A stretch of DNA of 64,000 bases. Origin: Acidimicrobiales bacterium (GTDB taxonomy: Bacteria; Actinomycetota; Acidimicrobiia; Acidimicrobiales; SZUA-35). Numbering within the stretch: position 1 is the stretch's first letter; the number at the start of each line of letters is the position of its first letter. Positions 27,623 to 37,427 of the stretch are shown piece by piece. The position numbers and the translations under genes are program-made. The notes below the pieces were generated by a model. That model did no database searches and was not told the origin of the DNA. It saw only the letters and a program-made list of their open reading frames with translations. The DNA is taken from positions 21,591 to 85,590 of the forward strand of contig JABDIY010000137.1 in the NCBI GenBank assembly GCA_013003535.1, in the 5' to 3' direction.

Positions 27623-29619
27623 CCGGTTTGAAAATCGGAATCATCAAGCCGGATTACGGCGTCACCGGGGGGTTCGAGCTGCACGTGAACGCCCTGGTGG
27701 CCGGCCTGGCCAGCCGGGGCCATTCCGTCAGCCTCGTCGGTGTCGATGCCACGGTTCGACCCCCCTCGGTCTATGGGTATCCGGTGACGCCAGTACTGCG
27801 GGAGTGGCACGACGAATACTTTCGTTACCTGGAGCTCGCAGAACGGACCCAGCAGTTGGATCTCCAAGGCTTCGACGTCGTATGTGCCACGCAGCCTCCA
27901 ACATACCTGGCCAACCACAACCGACTGTTCGCGCTCACCTACCACCACTACCGGGTGTTCTACGATCTAGCCGACGAGTTCGTAGCAGCCGGTTTCGTCG
28001 ACGCCGACGCCCACGCCCACGCCACGGCGGCCGTGCGACAAATCGACAGCGACGCTCTTCCTCGTGTGCGGAGTTTCCTGGCAGGGTCCGACACCGTGGC
28101 GGAACGACTGCGACGGTACTGGAATGTCGGCTCGATCGGTTACCGCCACCCCAACGTGACCGACCTCCCTCCTGCGTCTGACCGAGACCCGGCCTCATCG
28201 GAAATCCTCTGCGTGTCCCGCCAAGAGTGGCCCAAACGGACCGAACTCTTCGTCGCTGCCATGCACCTCACCGCCGCGCAACGCAGCGGCAACCGACCGA
28301 TCGGGCACCTTGTGGGAGGCGGCAGTCGGGCGAATTTCGTAGCGAGTCTCGACGCCGAATTATCGGCAAAACCAAACGAGCTTCAGCGGATTCAGGGTGA
28401 CGAGTCCGGGGAGATCTGGCGCAACATGGGAATCTTCTCCAAGGGCTGGCGTCCATTCGACGGACCGCCAAGTGGCCGAATCCACTTTCACGGCCGCGTG
28501 AGCGACGAGAAACGAAATGACCTCTATGCGGCTGCGGCAGTCGTTGTTGCTCCAGCTCTCGACGAGGACTACGGCCTCACCGTTCTTGAAGCCTGGCAAC
28601 AGCAGCGCCCGGTCATCGTGTGCAGTGATGGGGGTGGGCTGACCGAACTCGTGCAACATGGAGAAAACGGCCTGATCGCTGAACCGACCCCGTTCGCTAT
28701 CGCTCAGGCCATCGACCGTCTCTGTAACAATCCGGAGTTGGCCGCCTCACTCGTGGCAGCTGGCACTGAGTCTTTGGCGTCAATTCGGTGGTCTGAGGCC
28801 CTGGACACCTTCGAAGCCGTGGCACTCACCACAGCTGGACGTCGATCAGACAACTATGCCGACGCTCGGCTGTCGGCGCCCCATCAGAGCCCCGCTTTGC
28901 CCGCCGAGCTCGAAGCCTATGCCACCGGCGGGTTCTATTCGGTCGAGGGGTGGCTCTCCCCTGCCTCAGCGCATTCGATACAGCGTTTGTCCGAGGCCCA
29001 GATGATCGGCGGTGGGGTTGCGGAAATCGGCGTTCACCACGGGCGGCTCTTCATTCTTCTTGCCCTCTTGTGCGCTCGAGACGAGGTTGCTGTCGGCTTC
29101 GATCTGTTCGAGCGGCAGGACGAAAACGTTGACGGATCCGGCAGGGGGGACAGGGAGCAATTGGACCGCAACCTTCTGGAGGCTGGTGTTCCTGAAGAGA
29201 CCGTGGTCCTCGTTGCGCAGAACTCCATGGATTTACAGCCAGCCGACGTGCTGGAATTGGCGCGGGGCCGGGTTCGACTGTTCAGCGTGGATGGTGGACA
29301 TACAGCCGAGATCACCATGAACGACCTCTGGATAGCAGATCGTGTTCTTACCCACGATGGAGTCCTCATCCTGGATGACGCCTTCAACACCATGTGGCCA
29401 GGCGTTGGCGAAGGCATGCACAACTACCTAAGGCATCCTCAGTGTGAGCTCATTCCCTTTGGAATAGTTGCAAACAAGACGTTCTTCACCAAGTCTGAGG
29501 CCGCCGCCGACCGTTACCGCTCAGTTCTGGCGAGCCACCCCTATGAGAATCATCTCATACGAGAAGACGAGCTTCTTGGTTCACCGATGTTGTGCAGCCA
29601 GTTCGCTCCCGGGCACTAA
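27619..29619 (+). CDS. GT4 glycosyltransferase fused to Methyltransf_24-type SAM methyltransferase
   Basis: EDYGLTVLEAW, GGLTELV; C-domain EIGVHHGR, GFDLFE, SVDGGHT, ILDD. Confidence 0.82.
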   Translation: MTGLKIGIIKPDYGVTGGFELHVNALVAGLASRGHSVSLVGVDATVRPPSVYGYPVTPVLREWHDEYFRYLELAERTQQLDLQGFDVVCATQPPTYLANHNRLFALTYHHYRVFYDLADEFVAAGFVDADAHAHATAAVRQIDSDALPRVRSFLAGSDTVAERLRRYWNVGSIGYRHPNVTDLPPASDRDPASSEILCVSRQEWPKRTELFVAAMHLTAAQRSGNRPIGHLVGGGSRANFVASLDAELSAKPNELQRIQGDESGEIWRNMGIFSKGWRPFDGPPSGRIHFHGRVSDEKRNDLYAAAAVVVAPALDEDYGLTVLEAWQQQRPVIVCSDGGGLTELVQHGENGLIAEPTPFAIAQAIDRLCNNPELAASLVAAGTESLASIRWSEALDTFEAVALTTAGRRSDNYADARLSAPHQSPALPAELEAYATGGFYSVEGWLSPASAHSIQRLSEAQMIGGGVAEIGVHHGRLFILLALLCARDEVAVGFDLFERQDENVDGSGRGDREQLDRNLLEAGVPEETVVLVAQNSMDLQPADVLELARGRVRLFSVDGGHTAEITMNDLWIADRVLTHDGVLILDDAFNTMWPGVGEGMHNYLRHPQCELIPFGIVANKTFFTKSEAAADRYRSVLASHPYENHLIREDELLGSPMLCSQFAPGH

Positions 29620-29680
29620 CACCAGGTCGACCCATGGAGAACCTTCGCAGCGATTCACAGACGGTGGCTACGATGCTGGC

Positions 29681-30580
29681 ATGACCGTCGTGGAGATCGT
29701 CGTTTCCCACCCATCGCTATTAGGCGAGTGTCCGTTGTGGAGTCCCACCGAAGGGCTTTTGTATTGGATCGACATCGAAGGCCGGCAGATTCACCGGTAC
29801 GACCCTACGACAGGCAGAAATGAAACACAGGGGGTTTCGGCCCGGCCGGGCTCCATCGCGCTGACCGATGAGCCCGGAGTACTTCTGGTGGCGATGGAGC
29901 ACGAGCTGGTGTGGTTCAGGTGGCAGACCGGGGAACTCAAGTCCTTTGTCGCCCTGGAGCCAGAAGGAAACGGAAATCGACTGAATGATGGGCGTACCGA
30001 TCCGGCCGGCCGATTTGTGGTCGGTTCGATGTGGTCAAACCCCGGCGACGGCCGCTCGACTGGCTCCCTCTACTCAGTTGAAGGCGATGGTGCCTTCAAT
30101 GTTGTGCGGACGACGATCGGGGTCACAAACGGGCTGGCCTTCGACCCGATTCGCGAGTGGGCCTACTTTGCCGACACCTTCACCAAGAAGGTCATTCGCT
30201 GGAACTACGACGTCGAGGCGGCTCGGCGAAGCAACGAAATCGTCTTTTGCGACTACCAAAACCTGCCCGGTCTACCAGACGGGGCCTGTGTCGACGCCGA
30301 TGGCTGCTATTGGTCTGCGTCGGTCTATGGTTGGTCGGTTGTTCGAATAACCCCAGATGGCAAGATTGACCGACGAATCGAGCTACCGCTCGAGAAACCA
30401 TCGATGCCGGCTTTCGGCGGTCCCAAACTCGACACGCTCTTCATAACCACGATTGGATCCGAGGGCGGGCGACCGTCCAAACCGGGCAAGGACGGAGCTA
30501 TCCCGGGCAGCCTTGTCGCGGTTGACGCCGGTGTGCTGGGACTCCCGGAAACACCGTTTGCCGGCTCGCCCGTTTTCTAA
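29681..30580 (+). CDS. SMP-30/gluconolactonase family protein
   Basis: LGECPLW, NRLNDG, NGLAF, PDGACVD, FGGPKLDTLFIT; -10 TACGAT 6 nt before ATG. Confidence 0.9.
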   Translation: MTVVEIVVSHPSLLGECPLWSPTEGLLYWIDIEGRQIHRYDPTTGRNETQGVSARPGSIALTDEPGVLLVAMEHELVWFRWQTGELKSFVALEPEGNGNRLNDGRTDPAGRFVVGSMWSNPGDGRSTGSLYSVEGDGAFNVVRTTIGVTNGLAFDPIREWAYFADTFTKKVIRWNYDVEAARRSNEIVFCDYQNLPGLPDGACVDADGCYWSASVYGWSVVRITPDGKIDRRIELPLEKPSMPAFGGPKLDTLFITTIGSEGGRPSKPGKDGAIPGSLVAVDAGVLGLPETPFAGSPVF

Positions 30581-30725
30581 CGATTGTTCATCACGGTTGT
30601 CTTCTCACTTACTTCTAAGTACGTTTAACTACGTTCTCGGCGTTGAACAAAATGAAACGCTTCGGAACCTGCACCTCCCCCTCCCGCACGGTCCCATTTA
30701 TGACGATCGAACTACGGAGAGTCTC

Positions 30726-31493
30726 ATGCCCAACGACGGCCCACCACCTCATACCACCCATACCCCAGCGGCCTGGATCACGCCCTCGGCACCCCCTCCC
30801 GCCAAGTCACCAGTTCCACTAGGAACACTGCTCCAGAGTTCACCGCAACGCGGTGCATCAATAACTCCGTCGCCTGCTGGCCCCGACGCCATCACCGGCG
30901 GAAACCGACGAGCGGGGCAACGCCGCCGTTCGGCGTCAGAACGGCAGCCAACACCGGACACGTTGCGCATATCACTATGGGCTGATCCACTGTTGGCCGA
31001 GCACGGATATCCCGCCACTGGGTTTTATGTGGAGCGATACTTCGGTCCGGTCGTGGGGCCAACATGCATCGTGCTGTACCGCACGCTCGCCCGCCGTTTG
31101 GAAGCCGACGTCGACGGTTTCAGCATCCTGACCGCCACTTTGGCCCGGTCGGTTGGGTGTTCATCAAAGAATGGCGCAGCCAGCCAATTCTGGAGGGCAC
31201 TTCGCCGGGCCCACCGTTTCGGCCTCCTCCGGCAGCATGAAGACCAGATCTTTGTGCGGTCGGCGCTTGGGCTGATGTCCAATCGAATGGCACAACGCCT
31301 GCCGCTGGAACTCCGACATGAGCACAGGGTGTGGGTGGAGTCTTTCCAACCAGGCGAGGCCACGGAGCTCCACACGTCAGGGATTGAGGAAAAGCCGCCC
31401 GAGGCCGCTATCACCCTGTTACGGTCGGCGGCACGTGGTCTCTGTACGCCAGAAGAGCTTCGTTTGCTGGATCGGGAACGCCGTATTCTGTGA
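30726..31493 (+). CDS. Hypothetical protein, possible winged-helix domain
   Basis: SD GGAGAG before ATG 30726; YVERYFGPVVGPTCIVLYRTL...LARSVG...ALRRAHRFGL pattern. Confidence 0.55.
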   Translation: MPNDGPPPHTTHTPAAWITPSAPPPAKSPVPLGTLLQSSPQRGASITPSPAGPDAITGGNRRAGQRRRSASERQPTPDTLRISLWADPLLAEHGYPATGFYVERYFGPVVGPTCIVLYRTLARRLEADVDGFSILTATLARSVGCSSKNGAASQFWRALRRAHRFGLLRQHEDQIFVRSALGLMSNRMAQRLPLELRHEHRVWVESFQPGEATELHTSGIEEKPPEAAITLLRSAARGLCTPEELRLLDRERRIL

Positions 31494-31572
31494 TCCAACC
31501 TAGGCCGATGGGCCCTTGCCACGGGGCGTGATTACTCTCCCCAACAGCACTCTTCAATGCGATTGTTGTGGC

Positions 31573-32976
31573 ATGCATGCGGCGGAGCGAATTGGGGCGA
31601 TACCTGTCCGACCTCCCCCTGTATCCTCCTCGGCTAGCTCCACGAAGTGGGTAGTCGTCGGCGTCGACATGGTCATGGCGGCGTCGGGAATCGTGATCAG
31701 TCATGGGCTCGCCGATGCTGGTCCGCACGGCGTCGTGGCCTCTGCGGTGTTGCTCGTCTCCTGGGCGCTCTGGTTGACCCGGGCCCGTCTCTACAGCATT
31801 CGTTTCATCACCCGGCGTTCCGAAGAGATTCGAAGGGTTATCGACGCCGGCATTCGGGCTGTTGGCACTATGGCACTTGTGGGCTTCCTCTTCCGTTGGG
31901 ATGTGAGCCGAATCTGGGTTCTCCTGGCCATCACCGCCAGCACAGCGGCACTACTACTCGAGAGGGAGCTGCTACGGCGAGTCTTCAACGGTCGCCGCCG
32001 AAACGGTTCCATGCGGCGCCCGATCCTGATCATCGGAGACAACGACGAAGGATCCGATCTTGCCCTGATGTTCGCGACCGATCCCAACCTCGGCTATCAG
32101 GTGTGCGGGATGATCGCCACCACCAATCAGCCTGACCGGACCGAACTCGTCACGGACGTCTTCACCACGTTGGAACAAACGGGAGCCACCGGTGCCGTAA
32201 TCGCCGCAACGGCTCTTCCGTCCGACCATATGAACCGCCTCGTTCGAGATCTGCTCGATGCGGGCATTCACGTAGAACTCAGCTCGAGCCTTGCCGATAT
32301 CGAACCGCATCGACTCACGGTACGACCCCTTGGTCGCTATCCAGTGGTGTATGTAGAAGCCATCACACGACGAGGTTGGAGGGCCGGCGCCAAGCGCGGC
32401 TTTGATATCGCAGTTGCGCTTATTGGCCTTGTCCTTGCATCACCCATGCTCGTCCTGATCGCTTTGGCCATCCGGCTGGACTCACCAGGTCGGGTACTTT
32501 TTGCTCAGGAACGAGTTGGCCGCAACGGTGTCCTGTTCAAGGTTCTCAAGTTCCGCACGATGGTGGCTGACGCCGAGCAGCAAAAGGTCACATTGCTGGA
32601 TGCCAACGAGGGTGCCGGCCCTCTGTTCAAACTGAAGCACGACCCGCGGGTAACTCGGGTGGGCCACACGCTCCGAACCTTGTCGCTGGATGAGATTCCC
32701 CAGCTTTGGAACGTCGTGCGCGGCGAGATGAGCCTGGTCGGTCCCCGACCTGCCCTCCCATCGGAGACAAAAGCATGGGACGACGACCTTTTCGGACGAC
32801 TGCGTGTTCGACCCGGTATCACCGGCATGTGGCAAGTTTCTGGACGGAGCGGAACGACCTTCGAGGAGTACACGCGCCTGGATTTGTTCTACGTTGACAA
32901 CTGGTCGCTCGTGGTGGACCTTTCCATCCTCGTTCGCACCATCCCGGCGGTTTTGAAGAGCGACGGCGCCTACTAG
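31573..32976 (+). CDS. Polyprenyl-phosphate sugar phosphotransferase (WcaJ/WbaP-like priming GT)
   Basis: KRGFDI, KFRTM, DPRVTRVG, SLDEIPQLWNV, MSLVGPRP, PGITGMWQV. Confidence 0.92.
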   Translation: MHAAERIGAIPVRPPPVSSSASSTKWVVVGVDMVMAASGIVISHGLADAGPHGVVASAVLLVSWALWLTRARLYSIRFITRRSEEIRRVIDAGIRAVGTMALVGFLFRWDVSRIWVLLAITASTAALLLERELLRRVFNGRRRNGSMRRPILIIGDNDEGSDLALMFATDPNLGYQVCGMIATTNQPDRTELVTDVFTTLEQTGATGAVIAATALPSDHMNRLVRDLLDAGIHVELSSSLADIEPHRLTVRPLGRYPVVYVEAITRRGWRAGAKRGFDIAVALIGLVLASPMLVLIALAIRLDSPGRVLFAQERVGRNGVLFKVLKFRTMVADAEQQKVTLLDANEGAGPLFKLKHDPRVTRVGHTLRTLSLDEIPQLWNVVRGEMSLVGPRPALPSETKAWDDDLFGRLRVRPGITGMWQVSGRSGTTFEEYTRLDLFYVDNWSLVVDLSILVRTIPAVLKSDGAY

Positions 32977-33046
32977 AAAGCCTGCCCTCTCCCGGGGCCA
33001 AGATCCTTTCACGAGACCGCTCCACAGCACCGGTAACCTGGTGACC

Positions 33047-34489
33047 ATGGCTTCTCACGGTCCCGACCTCAAACTTGCCTCCTCAACCCCACGCGGTGCC
33101 ACAGCAGTAGGTGTACTGGTCGACAGCGTTGATGCACTCTCCCCGGATCGAGCGCGCTACGCCGCCGTCCAAGGGTTTGAGGCCAAGGCAGGGCAAGCCA
33201 TCGCCGTGGCGACCGAGAGCGGACCGCTCGAGGTCTTGGTGGGTATTGCAGGAACCGACGATTCCGACGAAATCGACGATCACCGCCTCGCCGGTGCGGC
33301 TTTTGCCCGAACCGTTGCCCGCGAGAAATCAGTGGCCATGACCCTCCCAACTGAAGCTACTCCGGAGATCATTACCGCCCTGGTCGAAGGATTGGGGCTG
33401 GCGTCCTATACCTACACGGCCCAGAAGGGATCGGGAACCAAGCCCGCACCCGCTCTCAATCGAATCACGGTTGTCGGCCGAGCAAAGGGGGCATCGGCCG
33501 CTTTTGCTGTCGGCCAGCAGATCGTGAGCGCCGTCGCGCTGGCCCGCGATCTCATAAACGAGCCTGGGGGTTCGCTTCTTCCCATGGAGTTCGTGAAGAA
33601 GGCTCGCTCAGTTGCGAATGGTTCCAGTCGACTGCGGGTAACCGTTTGGGACAAGGGGCGAATTGAAAAGGAACGCTTGGGCGGGCTTTTGGCCGTGAAC
33701 AAGGGGTCGGTTCACCCCCCCGCACTCTTGATGATCAAGTACACGCCCGCCACCAAGAAACGGGGTGCGAAGAACCTCGCGCTCGTTGGCAAGGGAATCA
33801 CATTCGATTCGGGAGGCCTGTCCATCAAAACGGGCTCAGGCATGATGACCATGAAGATCGACATGGCCGGTGGGGCGTCGGTCCTCGGTGCCATGACGTT
33901 GCTAGAGGCGATGGGGTGTCCCAACTCGGTCACGGCGTATATCCCCCTCACCGACAATATGCCCAGCGGTGATGCCACCCGCCCCGGCGATGTGTTCACG
34001 GCCAGAAACGGCAAGACCGTCGAGGTGCTCAACACCGATGCCGAGGGACGCTTGGTCCTTGCTGATGCGCTGTCATTGGCGGCGGAGAAAAAGCCGGCAG
34101 CCATCGTGGATATCGCCACCCTCACCGGGTCCGTCACGGCGGCACTAGGCCCGAAATTCACCGGGTTGATGGGCACCGACCAGGCGCTCATCGAAGCGTT
34201 GATTTCGGCCGCCAAGCAGACCGGGGAGAAGGTGTGGGCGCTCCCGCTGCCAGCTGAGTACCGCAAGGATCTTGATTCCGACGTTGCGGACCTGCGCAAC
34301 ATCGGCAAGACGCCCTATGGAGGCGCACTCACCGCTGGCCTGTTCCTCAGCGAGTTTGTGGGTGATATACCGTGGGCTCACCTCGACCTCGGACTCGCCG
34401 CCATGTCCGATAGTGATGACGGTGTGATCACCAAGGGCGGGACCGGTACCTGCACCCGCACTCTGGCTGCGTTCGCCACCAATTTCTAA
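33047..34489 (+). CDS. pepA: Leucyl aminopeptidase (M17)
   Basis: VGKGITFDSGG, MKIDMAG, NTDAEGRL, DIATLTG; -10 TAACCT 7 nt before ATG 33047. Confidence 0.93.
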   Translation: MASHGPDLKLASSTPRGATAVGVLVDSVDALSPDRARYAAVQGFEAKAGQAIAVATESGPLEVLVGIAGTDDSDEIDDHRLAGAAFARTVAREKSVAMTLPTEATPEIITALVEGLGLASYTYTAQKGSGTKPAPALNRITVVGRAKGASAAFAVGQQIVSAVALARDLINEPGGSLLPMEFVKKARSVANGSSRLRVTVWDKGRIEKERLGGLLAVNKGSVHPPALLMIKYTPATKKRGAKNLALVGKGITFDSGGLSIKTGSGMMTMKIDMAGGASVLGAMTLLEAMGCPNSVTAYIPLTDNMPSGDATRPGDVFTARNGKTVEVLNTDAEGRLVLADALSLAAEKKPAAIVDIATLTGSVTAALGPKFTGLMGTDQALIEALISAAKQTGEKVWALPLPAEYRKDLDSDVADLRNIGKTPYGGALTAGLFLSEFVGDIPWAHLDLGLAAMSDSDDGVITKGGTGTCTRTLAAFATNF

Positions 34490-34508
34490 CCGTCCAATCC
34501 GCCCAACA

Positions 34509-34534
34509 GTTCCTGGGTCTGGGGACCCAGGAGC
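34509..34534 (+). terminator. Hairpin after pepA
   Basis: TCCTGGGTC-TGGG-GACCCAGGA perfect stem ~20 nt after the stop. Confidence 0.5.
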
Positions 34535-34587
34535 AGCGGTGACTTCACTCTCAAGCCGAAACGGGTTCGTGCCATACCTTCAGGCGT

Positions 34588-37317
34588 ATGCGGCAACACA
34601 AGCGACTCCTGCTCTTCATCGGCTTCCTAGGTGCGGCGATCCTCGTGGCGACGCCGGCCTTCGCCGAATTCTCGAGCACGCCCCAAACAACCTGGGGAGT
34701 CCAAACAAAGGGAGCGTCCAATACGATCGCCCAATGGGATGCTCTCACCTGGGCCGTGGATCAGGTTGACAGCACAATTTTCATCGGCGGCAACTACCTC
34801 GAAGTCACCAACGGCGATCAGGTCCACAGCCAGCCTTACCTCGCAGCCTTTGATGCAGACACTGGACGGTGGCAATCCTGGTTTCGCCCTCAGGTTGGTG
34901 ATGCCGTGTTCGCATTTCAGCCCACTCCGGACGGCGGCCTGTTGGTTGCCGGCGAGATCGGCGAATGGAACGGCCTGACCCGCGGCGCGCTCGTAAAGAT
35001 CGACCCCAAGACCGGCGATCTATGGCCCGGCTGGAACACCCGGGCCTATGGCGGATCCTCGGTAATCCGCGATCTCTCGCTCGAGGCCGACGGCTTCGTA
35101 TACGCGGTTGGCAACTTCACCACCGTCACCTCGGGCAATGGCCCGATCCCTGCGGGCGGGGCCTTCCGATTCGATCCGATCACGGGCGCAATCGACACCA
35201 ACTGGCTTCCATCACTGGAGAACGGCACTGGCTGGGGCGTCTCCCGCTCCAAGACTCAAGCGGTAACGTACATCGCAGGCTTCTTCCAGAGCGTCAACGG
35301 CGATGCGACCGCCCGTGGGTTCGTTGGCATCGACGATGCTGGGTCGGTCACGGCCAATCGAGATGCCATTCCTTTCAATGGTTGTACAACCTGGAGCTAC
35401 TGCTCTCAGCTCTACGACGTGGAGGCCACCGAGTTCGGCGGCTTGTGGGTTGCCGGGGTTGAACACGCCTTGTACGTGGTCGATGAGGGCGATGGTTCCC
35501 TCATCAAAATGCACTACAGCGGATGTGATCCCACCAGGAACGCCGACTGCCTCCCCAACAACTGGTATGGCGGAGAGTTCCAAGAGCTCGAGCGGGTAGG
35601 CGACCGAGTCTATGCCACCTGTCATTGCTGGTATGACCTCTTCAGCGCTGATGAAGTAATGGCCCATACCCGGCCAGAAGACACGCCGAACACGGTGCAC
35701 TCCACCGTAGATGCACTCATGGCTTTCGACGTGGCGACCGCCGAACGGGTGGGTTCCTTCCGCCCGTATCTTACCGGGACCTCTGGCGGGTTCGGAATGC
35801 ATGTGAACCCCGACGATGGATGTCTTTGGGCTACCGGCGGCTTCCAGTCCTACGGCCAGCCCGGCGGGCCTCAACCAGCAGCTCGCGACGTCGTTCGCAT
35901 CTGCGATGAGGCCGGACCAGCACCGCACTCCACTCCGGTGGCCGCTCCGCCCACTCCCGAAGCGTGCTCGGTCAGCCTCGTCGATCCAGCCGATCCATCT
36001 CTCGGGGCATCGGTTACGTGGACCAACGCCCCGACGTCGGTCGGCACGATCATCTATCGCTCGGTCGACGGAGGCGGGTCATACTGGCGAGGGCGCGTCG
36101 ATCCTCCGCTGCCTTCTGAATTTGTAGAGGTTCCCGCGCTCAACTCCATCTCGAGCTATTCCGTGTTGCACGTCTATCCCGCCGGTCAGAGATCTGCGTC
36201 AACACCGTGTGGATTAGTGGATCTCACCCCTCAACTCGCACCCCCGTCGGCCTGCGCCGGGACCGTGGATAGCCAAGGGATCCCTAGCGTTTCCTGGGAC
36301 CCCGGCAACGACGCCACAGCGTTCATCATCCGACGCTCGGTTGACGGCGGACCGGCCTATTGGCGGGGCCGGACCGCTGAGACAACTTTCATCGATACCG
36401 CTCTGACACCCGGTCGAAACTATGACTACACCGTCACCGCTCAGGCCGCCGATGGGTCCACGGCCGGGCCTGTGCCCTGTGACCCCACGCTCACGGTGGA
36501 ACCCCCAGAACTGATTCCACCGAGCGCCTGCACGGCGACCATTGACCTGGACGGTCGCGCCGCCCTGTCGTGGGATGCCGGCAGTAATGCAGCAAGTTTC
36601 GTGATCCGTCGCTCCGTGGATGGCGGCACCGCATACTGGCGGGGCGCTACACCGACAACGAACTTCAGTGGTGCCATCTTGGAGATCGGTCGGACCTACG
36701 CCTACAGCGTGTCCGCCAAGGCGGCCGATGGAAACACAGCGCCACCGGTCCCATGCAACCCGACGCTCATCGTCGAGGTTCCCCAGCTTGGGCTGCTCAC
36801 TTCATGCGATGCAACACTTCTCGTAGACAACGTGGTCGCAGTGGGATGGCAGCAGGTGGAGAACGCCCAGCGTTACGTGGTTCGCCGGTCGGCCAACGAC
36901 GGACCGTTCTATTGGAGAGGCAGCGTCAACGCAGACGAGGCCCCAGATGCAGCGTTCTTCGATGCGCCCCTCAGCGACACTCGAACCTATGTCTATTCGG
37001 TGAGCGCCATCGGTTTGGACGGCACTACGGCAACACCGGTTGAATGCGCTCCCTCACTGGCCGTCGTTCCTCCGCCCCTCCCTGTCATCACTACCTGTAC
37101 CGTCTCACCGGACTACACGGTGAGCTGGACGGACCTGATCGCCTTCGACGTGGTGATCTACCGCTCGGTCGATGGCGGGCCCGACTACTGGCGAGGACGA
37201 GTCAGCTCAGGCTCATCATCCTTTGCTGATACGGGTTCCCCTACGGCCTCATACAGCTACTCCGTGGTAGTGGTCGCACCGGACGGGCGACGAGGTGATC
37301 CCGGAATCTGCACGTGA
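34588..37317 (+). CDS. Secreted beta-propeller protein with five FN3-like Cys-bracketed repeats
   Basis: Signal peptide ending AFA; propeller-like blades (GGNY, GNF, GFF); five RSxxxGxxYWRG repeats. Confidence 0.75.
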   Translation: MRQHKRLLLFIGFLGAAILVATPAFAEFSSTPQTTWGVQTKGASNTIAQWDALTWAVDQVDSTIFIGGNYLEVTNGDQVHSQPYLAAFDADTGRWQSWFRPQVGDAVFAFQPTPDGGLLVAGEIGEWNGLTRGALVKIDPKTGDLWPGWNTRAYGGSSVIRDLSLEADGFVYAVGNFTTVTSGNGPIPAGGAFRFDPITGAIDTNWLPSLENGTGWGVSRSKTQAVTYIAGFFQSVNGDATARGFVGIDDAGSVTANRDAIPFNGCTTWSYCSQLYDVEATEFGGLWVAGVEHALYVVDEGDGSLIKMHYSGCDPTRNADCLPNNWYGGEFQELERVGDRVYATCHCWYDLFSADEVMAHTRPEDTPNTVHSTVDALMAFDVATAERVGSFRPYLTGTSGGFGMHVNPDDGCLWATGGFQSYGQPGGPQPAARDVVRICDEAGPAPHSTPVAAPPTPEACSVSLVDPADPSLGASVTWTNAPTSVGTIIYRSVDGGGSYWRGRVDPPLPSEFVEVPALNSISSYSVLHVYPAGQRSASTPCGLVDLTPQLAPPSACAGTVDSQGIPSVSWDPGNDATAFIIRRSVDGGPAYWRGRTAETTFIDTALTPGRNYDYTVTAQAADGSTAGPVPCDPTLTVEPPELIPPSACTATIDLDGRAALSWDAGSNAASFVIRRSVDGGTAYWRGATPTTNFSGAILEIGRTYAYSVSAKAADGNTAPPVPCNPTLIVEVPQLGLLTSCDATLLVDNVVAVGWQQVENAQRYVVRRSANDGPFYWRGSVNADEAPDAAFFDAPLSDTRTYVYSVSAIGLDGTTATPVECAPSLAVVPPPLPVITTCTVSPDYTVSWTDLIAFDVVIYRSVDGGPDYWRGRVSSGSSSFADTGSPTASYSYSVVVVAPDGRRGDPGICT
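35950..37314 (+). repeat. Five 276-bp (92-aa) intragenic repeats
   Basis: Ser codon of the RS motif at 36061, 36337, 36613, 36889, 37165. Confidence 0.9.
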
Positions 37318-37427
37318 GTTGCAGGTTCACCCAAGTGTCAGCTCAGGGCTAGCTGGACCGCTCACCACAGTGGGCGAGAACACCCCGTCCTCGCCGTGAC
37401 CACCTCATTCGATGTAGTGTCGTAGGT

